Source: an uncultured Phycisphaerales bacterium (GTDB lineage Bacteria; Planctomycetota; Phycisphaerae; Tepidisphaerales; Tepidisphaeraceae). From it: DNA of 64,000 bases. Under the pieces are notes generated by a model. That model was given only the letters and a program-made list of their open reading frames with translations. It had not been told where the DNA came from and ran no database searches. How positions within the stretch are numbered: the stretch's first letter is position 1; the number at the start of each line of letters is the position of its first letter. A program made the position numbers and the translations under genes. This document shows, in pieces, positions 10,930-20,829 of the stretch. The DNA is taken from contig CAVWLP010000002.1 of NCBI GenBank assembly GCA_963755915.1, forward strand, positions 672,001 to 736,000, read 5' to 3'.

Positions 10930-12390
10930 ATGACGGTAAAACTGCGCAAAGCGGTTCATTTAGGGCTGGGATTTGTTATTTCATTGTTATTCGCGAGCGG
11001 TTTGAGGGCGCAGTATATTGGTCCACCCCCAGGGGCACCGACGTATGAGTTGGTCGCGCTCAACGGATCTCAGGCCCCCGGTGAGCCCGCGGGCGTGGAT
11101 TACAATGGGTTTGGAAATCCGGCCTACTCGGGATCGGGAGTTTATGGGTTTGAGGCGGGGTTGACGGGGACGGGGATCACGTCCAGCGTGAACTCGGCGA
11201 TTTTCCTTGGGTCTCCCACAAGCCTTTTGCCGGCAGTGCAGAAGGGGGCGTCAGCGGCGGGAACGCCGGGCGACGTCTTTACGTTTTTGTCAGCGCCGGG
11301 GGTGGCGGCGAATAATAATTTCGCGTTTTTCGCAGAGATCGGCGGGGGAGATGTGGTGGGGACGACGAATTATTCGGGGCTATGGGGAGGGACGCCGGGG
11401 AATTTGAGCCTTCTGTTCCGCAAGGGGAGCCCGGCGGCGGGAACGAGCGGGGCGGCGTATTCGAGTTTTGGGGATCCCGTCATCAGCGACAATGGGCTGG
11501 TGGCGGCGGAAGTGAACCTGACGGGTGGGGATGTGAGCGGAAGCACGAACAACGCGGGGATCTATACGGCGACTTCGACGTCGGTAAACCTGATTGCGCG
11601 AAAGGGAAGTTCGGTGCCGGGACTGGGCTCCGATTTGTATGGGGGGCTGGGGGATCCAACGATCAGCCCGAATGGGATCGTAGCGTGGGAAGGGGCTTTG
11701 AGCGGCGGGGATGTTTCGGGGACGACGAATAACGCGGCGATTTTTACGGCTGTGCCGGCGAATCCAGTTACCGTTGCGGTGCGCAAGGGAGTGACGGTGG
11801 CCCCGGGCACGGTGGGTGGGGATGTGTTTTCGTTTCTGGGGGATCCAGATGTAAACGCCAGCGGGCAGATTGCGTTTTACGCGAATGTTACGGGCGGGGA
11901 TGCGGTGGCGGGCGTGAACGACGAGGGCGTCTGGGCGGGCCCGGCGGGTTCGCTGAGCCTGATCGCGCGGCGCGGCGAATCAGCCCCGGATACGCTCGAT
12001 ACGTTCAACAGTTTTCAGGATCCGATCATCGGTCCCGATGGGTCGACGGCATTCATCTCGACGCTGACCGGTTCGGACGTGGTGACCGGGACGGGCGGAA
12101 ACGATGTGGGATTGTTTGCGGGGACGGGGGATGATTTGCAACTAATCGTGCGCAAGGGAGAAAGCTTTGCGGTGGACCCTTCCAATCCCAACTCGGCGAT
12201 TGAAGATGTAGCCGGGATTGATCTGATCAACGACAGCAGCGGCGTGGTGGCGTATTACCTGGACTTCACGGATGGGTCGAGCGGGGAATATCTTTCTACG
12301 GTGCCGAGTGTTCCAGAGCCGGTGACGGGTATGGGAATGCTGGTCGGGGGGATGGTGTTGATGGGCCGGCGGAAGCGGGTTGGGGTCTGA
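10930..12390 (+). CDS. PEP-CTERM surface protein with tandem NxxGxxAF-type beta-propeller-like repeats
   Basis: Signal peptide; about six repeats of ARKG..APGT..F..LGDP.(N)..G.IAF; ends VPEP-hydrophobic helix-RRKR. Confidence 0.85.
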   Translation: MTVKLRKAVHLGLGFVISLLFASGLRAQYIGPPPGAPTYELVALNGSQAPGEPAGVDYNGFGNPAYSGSGVYGFEAGLTGTGITSSVNSAIFLGSPTSLLPAVQKGASAAGTPGDVFTFLSAPGVAANNNFAFFAEIGGGDVVGTTNYSGLWGGTPGNLSLLFRKGSPAAGTSGAAYSSFGDPVISDNGLVAAEVNLTGGDVSGSTNNAGIYTATSTSVNLIARKGSSVPGLGSDLYGGLGDPTISPNGIVAWEGALSGGDVSGTTNNAAIFTAVPANPVTVAVRKGVTVAPGTVGGDVFSFLGDPDVNASGQIAFYANVTGGDAVAGVNDEGVWAGPAGSLSLIARRGESAPDTLDTFNSFQDPIIGPDGSTAFISTLTGSDVVTGTGGNDVGLFAGTGDDLQLIVRKGESFAVDPSNPNSAIEDVAGIDLINDSSGVVAYYLDFTDGSSGEYLSTVPSVPEPVTGMGMLVGGMVLMGRRKRVGV

Positions 12391-12468
12391 GTGGGCGAGC
12401 CGTCGGCGTTTGGGAATGCTGTCTGATTCGGGGGATGGAGTGAGATTTTTTGACCGCGAAGATTTTTT

Positions 12469-12592
12469 AACCGCCAAGAGCCAAGGAAGAGCTGGCATCG
12501 TGTATTTTGATGATCAGGGGCGGGGGTTCAGCGTGGGATGCACTTATCCAAGTGATTTGGGGATTTATATTTCTTGGCGCTCTTGGCGTCTT
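12469..12592. repeat. REP-like inverted repeat (aaccgccaag...cttggcggtt) whose right arm is interrupted by the IS110
   Basis: Left arm aaccgccaagagccaag (12469-12485); right arm ttcttggcgctcttggcgtctt (12571-12592) resumes as ggcggtt at 14078-14084. Confidence 0.75.
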
Positions 12593-12609
12593 CTATGAGC
12601 CGAGCCTTG

Positions 12610-12918
12610 TCAAGGGGCGTTGATCGCTCATGCGGTCGATTGGGTGAGCCTTCTATTCAGTGCTCTCGCCTGGCGGCGGGCCTATTCAACTGTACAAATG
12701 GCCAGCCCTATTCTTAGCGGCAAGCTTTGAAGCTTAAGACGCCAACCGGGGTCTGGCCTTGCTCATTCAACCTGCACGAACGCGTCAATTCCACTTCACT
12801 TCAACTCTACTCAATCCCCTGCACAGAAGACAACGGCTTTCTGACACGGTGTCTTCCGGAGGGGAGATACTCCATCGCCTGTACCGACTTGTCGGGACAG
12901 TCATCGCCTTTTCGATTT
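12610..12918 (-). ncRNA. Putative bridge/seek RNA of the IS110 element; target-binding loop at 12700-12758, RNA ends uncertain
   Basis: A stem-bounded internal loop carries a 10/10 match to the left target flank and an 8/9 match to the right flank, on opposite strands, separated by a small hairpin. Confidence 0.75.
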
Positions 12919-13962
12919 TCAAGTGGCCGCCGTCAGCGATCGCTGGGGTTCTCTCCATCGGGTTCCGTCCCGCAGCATCGCCCACAGCTTCACCAGTAAT
13001 CTCCTGGCTACCGCAACAATCGCGATCTTCTTGCGCTTCTCGCTGTCACGTAGAACCCTCTCGTACACGTCCTTCATCCACGTATTGCGATGAACCCCCA
13101 GCCACGCCACCTCCACCAGCAACTCCCGCAGCAGCGCGTTGCCTGCCTTGCTGATCCGCCCCTGGCGATCGCTGTCGCCGCTCTGCCAGCGCCGCGGCGT
13201 CAGACCCACGTAACATCCCACCTGACGTGCATTCTTGAATCGCCTGGGATCATCAATGATCACCGCCACCGCCTCGCTCAGCCGCGGACCAACGCCGGGC
13301 ACCTCCTGCAATCGTTTCACCGCTTTGTTGGCCTGGCCCAACTCCTGAAGCTTGCTTTCGACAGTTTCGATCTGCTTCTCCAGGTGCTCCAGTTGCGCCA
13401 CCTCACAACCGATCTGAAACAGCCACAGATCTTCCGCCGATGCGGCCGCTGCTTCCTTCCTCATTTCCTCCAGTCGCGCTTTCGTCCACGCCTTGGTCGC
13501 CGAGGGCAAATACAAACCCTGCCGCTCGTAGATTGATCGGATCGAGTTCTTGAGCGCCGTGCGGCGATCCACCAGGCCGTGTCTGTATTCAATCAATGAA
13601 CGCCACTGCCGAACCGATGCCTTGGGCACGTGCACCGTCGGCAGCGAATCCATCTCCGACATCGCCGCCATCTTCAGCGCGTCTTTACGATCACTCTTCT
13701 CCTTCACCGTCTTCCAGCGCCAGCGTTCATCGTTGCCATTGGCCACCTGGACGGGAACATTGTTCCGCTCCGCCAGATCACAAACCCATCCTGCCGCCGG
13801 ACCGGCCTCGATGACCAGTCGATCCGGACGCACCCGCTCGAGTAGTTTTTGCACCTCGTGGGCATTGGTGCCGATCTTGCCGAACGTTCTTTCTCCACCG
13901 CCGGTGACATAATCCACAAAAACGCTCTTGTTCTTTCCCAGGTCCAAAGCGAGAATTCGCAT
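12919..13962 (-). CDS. IS110-family DEDD transposase/recombinase
   Basis: ILALDLGK (D), LVIEAG (E), KSDRKDA (D,D), VPGVG, GLTPRRWQSG (Ser finger), GRISKAGN, AIVAVARRL; GAAAGGA ribosome-binding site. Confidence 0.95.
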   Translation of the reverse strand: MRILALDLGKNKSVFVDYVTGGGERTFGKIGTNAHEVQKLLERVRPDRLVIEAGPAAGWVCDLAERNNVPVQVANGNDERWRWKTVKEKSDRKDALKMAAMSEMDSLPTVHVPKASVRQWRSLIEYRHGLVDRRTALKNSIRSIYERQGLYLPSATKAWTKARLEEMRKEAAAASAEDLWLFQIGCEVAQLEHLEKQIETVESKLQELGQANKAVKRLQEVPGVGPRLSEAVAVIIDDPRRFKNARQVGCYVGLTPRRWQSGDSDRQGRISKAGNALLRELLVEVAWLGVHRNTWMKDVYERVLRDSEKRKKIAIVAVARRLLVKLWAMLRDGTRWREPQRSLTAAT

Positions 13963-14103
13963 TGCCGAGTCCTTTCTCAAAAAAGACGTTTGAGCGACCT
14001 ACGCGGTACGCTCGTTCATACTTGGGGCATTTTGACCCCGTTCACGTCCCGAGAAAGGCTCGGCTTCATAGTTTCTTGGCGGTTAGAAGCGTTTAGAGCA
14101 GTT

Positions 14104-15006
14104 TCATTTCTTCGCGTCATAGGCTGGGCTGGCTACATCTTCGATTAGGCCTGGTTGGGTGGGGCGCCAGGCGGTGTGGTGGCGGGTGATGGTGGAGGAG
14201 GAGGGATTTGACATGGCGGCGAAATGGGCGAACCAGCCGAAATGGGCCGCGGCCTCATCGGTCGATTTGCTGACCGTCTGGAGATTCAGGCGGCGGGCGA
14301 TGACGGCGGCGATGTCTCGGAAGGGGATGCCTTCCTCGGCGACGGCGTGAAATCTTTGTCCGGTGGTAAATCCTTTTTCGAGGATGAGGCGGTAGAGTTT
14401 CGCGGCGTCGAGGCGATGGACGGCGGGCCAGGGGTTGGTCCCGTCGGCGACATAGGCGGAGAGGCCTTTTTCGCGGGCGAGGGCGATGAGGTGGGGGACG
14501 AAGCCATGATCGCCCTGGCCGTGGACGGACGGGGGGAGGCGCAGGACGGAGACGTGGATGCCGCGGGCGGCGAGGGAGGCGGCGGCTTCTTCGGAGGCGA
14601 CGCGAGGGAGGGCGCTGGGGCCGGAGGGCGGGGCGTCTTCTTCGGTGGCGACTTTGCTGCCGGAGACGAGGCCGGTTCCGGAGGTGACGATCAGGGGACG
14701 TTGTGAGCCTTGGAGGGCGGAGCCAAGCGATTCAATTGCGCGGCGGTCGATTTCGCAGTTCTCCTTAAATTTCGTGAAATCGTGGATGAAAGCGGTGTGG
14801 ACGACGGCTTCGGAGGCGGCGGCGCCTTGGCGCAGGCTTTCGAGATTTTCGACGTCGCCGCGCTGGACTTTGGCGCCGGCGGCGGAGAGGGATTGGGCGG
14901 ATGAATCGCTGCGGGCGAGGCCGAGGACCTGGTGGCCGGCGGCGATTAGTTCCTTTACCACGGCTGAGCCGACGAAACCTGTTGCTCCAGTGACAAAAAC
15001 TCGCAT
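14104..15006 (-). CDS. NAD-dependent epimerase/dehydratase (extended SDR)
   Basis: MRVFVTGATGFVGSAVV, VVHTAFIHDF, WPAVHRLDAA. Confidence 0.9.
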   Translation of the reverse strand: MRVFVTGATGFVGSAVVKELIAAGHQVLGLARSDSSAQSLSAAGAKVQRGDVENLESLRQGAAASEAVVHTAFIHDFTKFKENCEIDRRAIESLGSALQGSQRPLIVTSGTGLVSGSKVATEEDAPPSGPSALPRVASEEAAASLAARGIHVSVLRLPPSVHGQGDHGFVPHLIALAREKGLSAYVADGTNPWPAVHRLDAAKLYRLILEKGFTTGQRFHAVAEEGIPFRDIAAVIARRLNLQTVSKSTDEAAAHFGWFAHFAAMSNPSSSTITRHHTAWRPTQPGLIEDVASPAYDAKK

Positions 15007-15198
15007 ATGGGCCTCCCGGGGTGAAGATGACTTTTTTTGGACTACGAAGTATACTATACCGTACCGTTTACATTGGCAAGTGGGAAATAATTAAGGGAGA
15101 ATCTAAAGGATGGCTTGATTCAGTAGGGTCGGCCCCCACCCCAACCCTCCCCCGGGGTACCAGGGGAGGGGGAAAGAGGAGGCAAGTCGTAGGAGATT

Positions 15199-15818
15199 AT
15201 GGCACGTCGCGGCGGAAAACTTCGGGAGCATATTCTCTGGACGGCGAAGGAAGTCTTTCTGGAGATGGGATTTGAGCGGGCGTCGATGGATGAGGTTGCC
15301 GCGCGGCGCAGACTTCGAAGCGGTCGCTTTATGCGCATTTTGAAAACAAGCAGAAGCTGTTTCTGGCGTTCGTGGAGCTGGTGCGCGGGCTGTTTCTGAG
15401 CAAATTGAAAATGCCGGGGGATTACAGCGACAAGCCGGCGGAGGCGCTGGCGATATTCTGCGGGCGGTATGTTGAGATGCTGCTTTATGAAGGCACGACC
15501 AAGATGTGCCGGGTGTGCATCGCGGAGGCGGGGAGGTTTCCGCAGGGGGCGGCGCAGTATTTTGATGTGATCTTCAGCGAGGTACACGGGCGGTTGAGCG
15601 CCTATCTCAAGGCGACATTCGCGCTTTCGGCCCGGGCCAGCGCGGAAGCGGCGAGCAGGTTGTTGGGGCAGGTGCTTTATCCGAGGTTTCCGCGGGCGCT
15701 TTTCGGGATGGAAAAATTGGCTAAAAGTTTTGACGACAATGCGCTTTCGCCGGAGTTTGATCTTAAGCCGATTCGGAAGGCGGTGGGGGATTTGATGGAA
15801 TCTATGGGGAAAGGGTGA
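15199..15818 (+). CDS. TetR/AcrR regulator; frameshift near 15310
   Basis: ILWTAKEVFLEMGFERASMDEVAA continues as TSKRSLYAHFENKQKLF in the other frame; divergent from the SDR gene. Confidence 0.85.
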
Positions 15819-15989
15819 AGGGTGTTTGATGTTTTTGGGTTTTTGGGGGACTGGAACGCGCCCCGCAAGCGGGGCCGCTAAACTGGGCGGGTGGGGGGGG
15901 CGGTTTAGAACTTGGGGGCGCTATTTGGGTCTGCTTTTTTCTTTCGTGGAACTGTGGGCCTATGCTTTGCGATTGAAAGGAACAAAACC

Positions 15990-16892
15990 ATGAGTAACAC
16001 GAAACTTGGCGGGAAGTTCACATTTGCGGGGACATCGTTGACGGTTAATCGGATGGGGTATGGGGCGATGCAGCTTGCGGGGCCGGGGGTGTTTGGGCCG
16101 CCGAAGGATCCGGAGGGGGCGGTGGCGGTTTTGCGGGAGGCGGTGGCGGCGGGAGTGGATCATATCGACACTTCGGATTTTTATGGGCCGCATGTGACCA
16201 ACCAGATTATTCGCAAGGCGCTGCATCCTTATCCGCGGGGGCTGGTGATCGTGACCAAGCTGGGGGCGCGGCGGCCGGCGGATAAGTCGTGGCAGCCGGC
16301 GATTTCGCGGGAGGAACTTATTTCCGGCGTGCATGATAACCTTCGCAATCTGGGGTTGGAGGTGCTGGACGTTGTTAATTATCGCGCGATGGGGGCGATT
16401 CATGGGCCGGCGGAGGGGTCGATTGAGCCGCAGGTGTCGGTGCTGGCGGAACTGAAAAGCAAGGGATTGGTGCGGCATATTGGGCTGAGCAATGTGACGG
16501 CGAAACAGCTTGCCGAGGCGCGGGGGATTACTGAAGTCGTCTGCGTGCAGAACAATTACAATCTTGCGCATCGGGAGGATGATGCGTTCATTGATGATTT
16601 GGCGCGGCAGGGGATTTCGTATGTGCCGTTTTTCCCGCTGGGGGGGTTTACGCCGTTGCAGTCTTCGGAGCTTTCGGCGGTGGCGCACCGGCTGGAAGCG
16701 ACGCCGATGCAGGTGGCGCTGGCGTGGCTGCTGCATCGGTCGCCGAATATTCTGCTGATTCCGGGGACTTCGTCGCTGGGGCATTTGCGGGAGAATCTGG
16801 CGAGCAGCGAGTTGAAGTTGTCGCGGGAGACGCTGGGGGAATTGGATGGGATTGCGGCGGCGGCGAAGGGAAAGAAGGGGTCGGGGCATTGA
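15990..16892 (+). CDS. Aldo/keto reductase (YdbC-like)
   Basis: RMGYGAMQL, IDTSDFYG, HIGLSNVT, VQNNYNL, LLIPGTSS. Confidence 0.9.
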   Translation: MSNTKLGGKFTFAGTSLTVNRMGYGAMQLAGPGVFGPPKDPEGAVAVLREAVAAGVDHIDTSDFYGPHVTNQIIRKALHPYPRGLVIVTKLGARRPADKSWQPAISREELISGVHDNLRNLGLEVLDVVNYRAMGAIHGPAEGSIEPQVSVLAELKSKGLVRHIGLSNVTAKQLAEARGITEVVCVQNNYNLAHREDDAFIDDLARQGISYVPFFPLGGFTPLQSSELSAVAHRLEATPMQVALAWLLHRSPNILLIPGTSSLGHLRENLASSELKLSRETLGELDGIAAAAKGKKGSGH

Positions 16893-16989
16893 AGAAACGA
16901 GCACCCGGTCAAATACGCGCACCCCTTTGGGGTTGCGGCTAAACGAGAAGGGTGATGTATCGCAATTAAGAAGAGGTAAAGCGCTGCGC

Positions 16990-18172
16990 TTAGGCGGTAA
17001 CGGGCTCCGGCTCTTCAATGGGATTGCGGTGGCGAAGGGCGTGGGAATAGATTTCGAGCATCCGGTTGTGATTGCGATCGGGGTTAAATTTGGCGAGGAA
17101 TTCTGCGCGGGCTTCTTGGCGCATCTGGGAGAGGGTGGCGGGGTTGTCGAGGAGCCAATGGACGGAGCGGGCGAGGCTTTGGGGGTCATTGGGTGTGAAG
17201 AGGGCGCCGGTGCGGCCGTTTGAGATGAGTTCGGTCATGGAGCCGAGGTCGCTGGCGACGACGGGGGTGCCGCGGGCGAAGGATTCTACGATGGTGCGGG
17301 GAAAGCCTTCGTACCAGAGTGAGGGGAAGATGAGCATTTTGGCACGGCCCATGAGGTCGACCACTTCTGGGAGGGGGCGGCGGCCCAGCCAGTCTACGCC
17401 GGAGTTTTGGACGAGGGGGGCGAGGGGTCCGTCGCCGCAGATTTTGAGGGGGATTTTGTCGCCGATGATTTTCCAGGCGTCGAGCAAGGGGGCGATGCCT
17501 TTTTCCTCGGTAAGGCGGCCGACGAAGAGTGCGAAATTGCCGTCGCCTTTGCCGGGGCCGGGATCGGGGTCGAGGAAATTGGGTTTGAAGTGGAGTTGCT
17601 CGCGAGGGAAACCGCCCTGGACGAATTTTTCGAGGGCGAAGTGTGTCAAGGCAACGATAAATGCATCGACCTGATCGCGGTAGGTGTGCAAGGCGCGGTG
17701 AACCATGAGCATGGTTGCGGTGACGGCGCTGGCGGCGGCGCTGCCGCGATAGCACTTGTGTATCACCGCCGGCGTCGGCAGTCGCCCCAAACATTTCTCG
17801 CATGGCTTACCATCGCGGAACATGGTGGCGGAGGGGCAGAGGAGGCGATAGTTGTGGAGGGTCTGGACGACGGCGGCGCCGGTCTGCCTGGCGGCGGAGT
17901 AGACCGCCGGCGAAAGGAGGGGAAAGGTATTGTGGAAATGGACGATCTGCGCCGGTGAGCGCGGGCGCGGTCGGCGACTTCCTGGGCGGCCTTGCGGTTC
18001 CAGATCGTCGCCGCGGCAAGCTTCAGCGCACCAGGGATTTGACCTGATCGTTGTGGACGGAGAGGGTTTCCACGTCATGGCCGAATCGGCGGAGTAGATT
18101 GGCCTCGGCCAGAAAGATCTGGTCTTCACCGCCGGGCTGCTGATAGAAGTTGTGGCAGATCAGGACGCGCAT
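16990..18172 (-). CDS. GT4 glycosyltransferase; frameshifts near 18030 and 17955
   Basis: MRVLICHNFYQQPGGED, VHFHNTFPLLSP, TLHNYRLLC, FVGRLTEEKG, PSLWYEGFPRTIVES. Confidence 0.9.
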
Positions 18173-18221
18173 GTTCCCATTCCGAGTGCTCTTGCGGCGC
18201 GAGAGGGGGACGCGCTGGGGC

Positions 18222-19549
18222 TTAGGGGCCGGGGCGTCTTGCATGGTTTCGGGGGCGTTCTGGTAGATCCAGATGGCGCCGATGCCTACGCCGTAGACGC
18301 ACCAGAACCAAATTCCACCGACGGGTCCTTCGAGGAAGACGTCGAAGCTGGCGTTGATGAGATAGGCCAACCAATAGATGAAGAGAAAGGCGAGGAAGCG
18401 GAACCAGTGTGTTTCGCCGCGGCGATGGGCGGAATATGCGGAGGAGATGAGTCCGAAGCCGAGGGTGAGCTGGCAGATAATCCAGAGGCCGAGCATGGGG
18501 ACGCCTCCGCGGGCGAGCATGGTGAGGTGACCGTTGTGGGGGTTGCGGAGGGAGTGGTCGGCCTCGACCTGGAATCCGTCATCGTCGGCGAGGTTGACGC
18601 CGAAGCCTTTGCCTTTCCAGAAGTAGTCTCCGTGGAAGGTGTAGTCAATGATGGTATCCCACCAGCGGAGGCGCCACTGCTTGGAGCCGTCGAGGGTTTC
18701 CTCGTTGGTGTCGTAGAAGATGCTGGTGACGTTGGCGACGATCTGGTCGGCGGAGATATCACGGCCGGCTTCGAGGGCGTCGGTTTCGATGCGGATATTC
18801 AGGAGCCACATGAGGGTGAGGCCGAGGATCAGAGTGGGGAAGAGCCGCCAGGGGAGGGATGAGCGAGGGCGAAGGAGGGTGGCGAGGAATGCGCAGGAGC
18901 AGAAGGTGACCAAGGCGGCGCGGCCTGTAAAGCAGAGGACGAGGTTGAAGATGGTGCAGACGACGACGTACCAGATGTTGATTCCACCGAGGAGTACGAC
19001 GAAGGCGAAGACGCCGGCGAGATGGACGATGAGATCGCCGCCCTTGACGAGGATGAAGGGGACGTCGCCCCAGGGTGCGTTGGGGAGGTAGGGATCGACG
19101 AAGATGGAGATGACGAAGGCGATGGGGCCGAGGATGAGCATGAGCTTTGCGAAGGTTCGGAACTTGGATTCGAGGTAGAGAAGGCGGCGGGGCTGGGCGG
19201 CGAGGAGGCTGGCGAGAACGATGGCGAAGGTTCCCCAGAGGAAGACGGCGGCGTCATGGAGGGCATCGGCGCCGTAGAGGGGGATGAAGGGGATGGTGCG
19301 AATCATTCCCCAGGCCATGAGGGCCAAGAGCGGCCAGAGCCAGGCGGTGCGAAGGACGCGGCTCCAGTTCTCGGTGGTGAAGAGGGCGAAGACGCCGTAG
19401 AGCATGGTGATTTCGCCGATGTAGACTGGGGGCACACCGATGAAGGCGAAGCCCTTGCCCATCACCATGTACCCGAGGAGAAGGATGCAGAGGCATTTGA
19501 GGAAACGGTCGCCGTGAGAACTGATTGAGGAATGGGAGCGGAGGTTCAT
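18222..19549 (-). CDS. O-antigen ligase/Wzy-like polymerase; 3' end uncertain, read in frame into the next GT4 as assembled
   Basis: Many transmembrane segments, GKGFG, RNPHNGHLTMLARGG, INASFDVFLE; ATGA overlap with the upstream GT4 stop. Confidence 0.8.
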
Positions 19550-20826
19550 GGATGAAATCCGGCGGTTTGCGCTTCGGGCTCGCGATCGAGAGGCAGAACC
19601 TGGGATTCCTCGGCGATTTTGAAGCACGACTCGAGGAAGGAGGTGATTTTTTCGGCGAAAGTAGCGACATCGAATTTGCGGAGGCAGACCTCGCGGGCGG
19701 CGGCGCCCATTTGGCGGGCGCGGGGCAGATCGGCGCCGAGATACTGGACGCAGTTGGCGAGGTCATTGGGGTCACCGGGGTTAAAAAGCATTCCGGTCTG
19801 TCCGGATTCGATGATCTCGATGAGTGCGCCTTCGCGAGCGCCGGCGAGAGGGAGTCCGGAGAGCATTGCCTCGACGAGGGCGAGGCCGAAGCCTTCCTCG
19901 CGGCCGGGGTGAAGATAGATATCGACGACGCCGAGGATTCTGCGGACATCGGAGCGAGCGCCGAGGAAGTGGATTCGCTGGGCGGCAGGCCCGGCGTCGG
20001 CGAGGGCGCGGACCTGGGAGACGTTTCTGCCAGCGCCGATGAAGAGGAGATGAGCGTCGATGCCGCGGCGAACCAACTCGTGCATGGCCTCGACGGCGGT
20101 GGGATGGTCCTTGCATTCGACGAATTCGGCGACGTAGGCGAGAACCAGGCCGGTGGAGGGGAGGCCGAGGGCCTGGCGGCCTTCGGGGCCGTAGGGGCGG
20201 TTATTGGGGTCGCTGGAGACGTCGGCGACGCCGTTGTAGATGACGGCGGAGCGGGCGCTGTGTCCGGGGGGAAGGTGGGCATTACGCACTGCTTCGGAGA
20301 CGAAGAGCATGGGGTCTTTGTGCCCGAGGGTGCGGACGATCTGTCGGCGTGACCAGCCATTGATGACGCCGCGGACGGCATGAATCCAGAAGACGACGCC
20401 GATGTCGCTTCCGCGGAGTGCCCACTTGGCGCAGAGATAGGTTTTGAAGGTGGTGGCCACGACAACGTCGATGTGCTGCTCGCGAGCAAGCTGGCGGAGG
20501 CGGCGCATGGGCTGGCGATAACCGAGGTCGCCGAGGCAGTGGGGAAAGATATTGAGTTTCTGGAATTCATCGCGCATGGGCTGGGAAGGCTCGACCAGGC
20601 TTGCGACGCGGAGATCGATGCGGGTGCGATCGATGGATTGGGCAAGATAAATCAGACAGCGGGGAATGCCGCCGTGGAACGGGAGGTCTCGATAGAGAAA
20701 AAGGACGCGATGAGCGCCCGGCTGGCGGGCATCGCGGCGGCGGCGGATGAGGGGCGTGAACGACGCGACGAAGGTAACGAGCGCCGCAACCCACAGGGAC
20801 ATTTTTATGAAGAATGCGGAGAACAT
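19546..20826 (-). CDS. GT4 glycosyltransferase with N-terminal membrane anchor
   Basis: VIYNGV, FLGARSDV, EEGFGLALVEAMLSGLP. Confidence 0.9.
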   Translation of the reverse strand: MFSAFFIKMSLWVAALVTFVASFTPLIRRRRDARQPGAHRVLFLYRDLPFHGGIPRCLIYLAQSIDRTRIDLRVASLVEPSQPMRDEFQKLNIFPHCLGDLGYRQPMRRLRQLAREQHIDVVVATTFKTYLCAKWALRGSDIGVVFWIHAVRGVINGWSRRQIVRTLGHKDPMLFVSEAVRNAHLPPGHSARSAVIYNGVADVSSDPNNRPYGPEGRQALGLPSTGLVLAYVAEFVECKDHPTAVEAMHELVRRGIDAHLLFIGAGRNVSQVRALADAGPAAQRIHFLGARSDVRRILGVVDIYLHPGREEGFGLALVEAMLSGLPLAGAREGALIEIIESGQTGMLFNPGDPNDLANCVQYLGADLPRARQMGAAAREVCLRKFDVATFAEKITSFLESCFKIAEESQVLPLDREPEAQTAGFHP

Positions 20827-20829
20827 GTG

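Larger units (their letters stand above)
12593..14077 (-). mobile_element. Complete IS110-family element, IS1111-like (sub-terminal inverted repeats, long 3' non-coding end)
   Basis: Inverted repeats ctatgagccgagcctt (12593-12608) and aaggctcggcttcatag (14055-14071); TCTT at both junctions (12589-12592 and 14074-14077); one transposase ORF. Confidence 0.9.

Noticed and set aside
12820-12860. Alternative donor-binding loop of the bridge RNA (agaagac/gtcttc hairpin)
   Set aside because: Matches to the predicted donor junction are too short and are tied up in a stem.
18023-19627. Apparent O-antigen ligase-GT4 fusion ORF
   Set aside because: One extra base in the C run near 18225 would put TAA in frame; given the indel rate, two separate genes are more likely.
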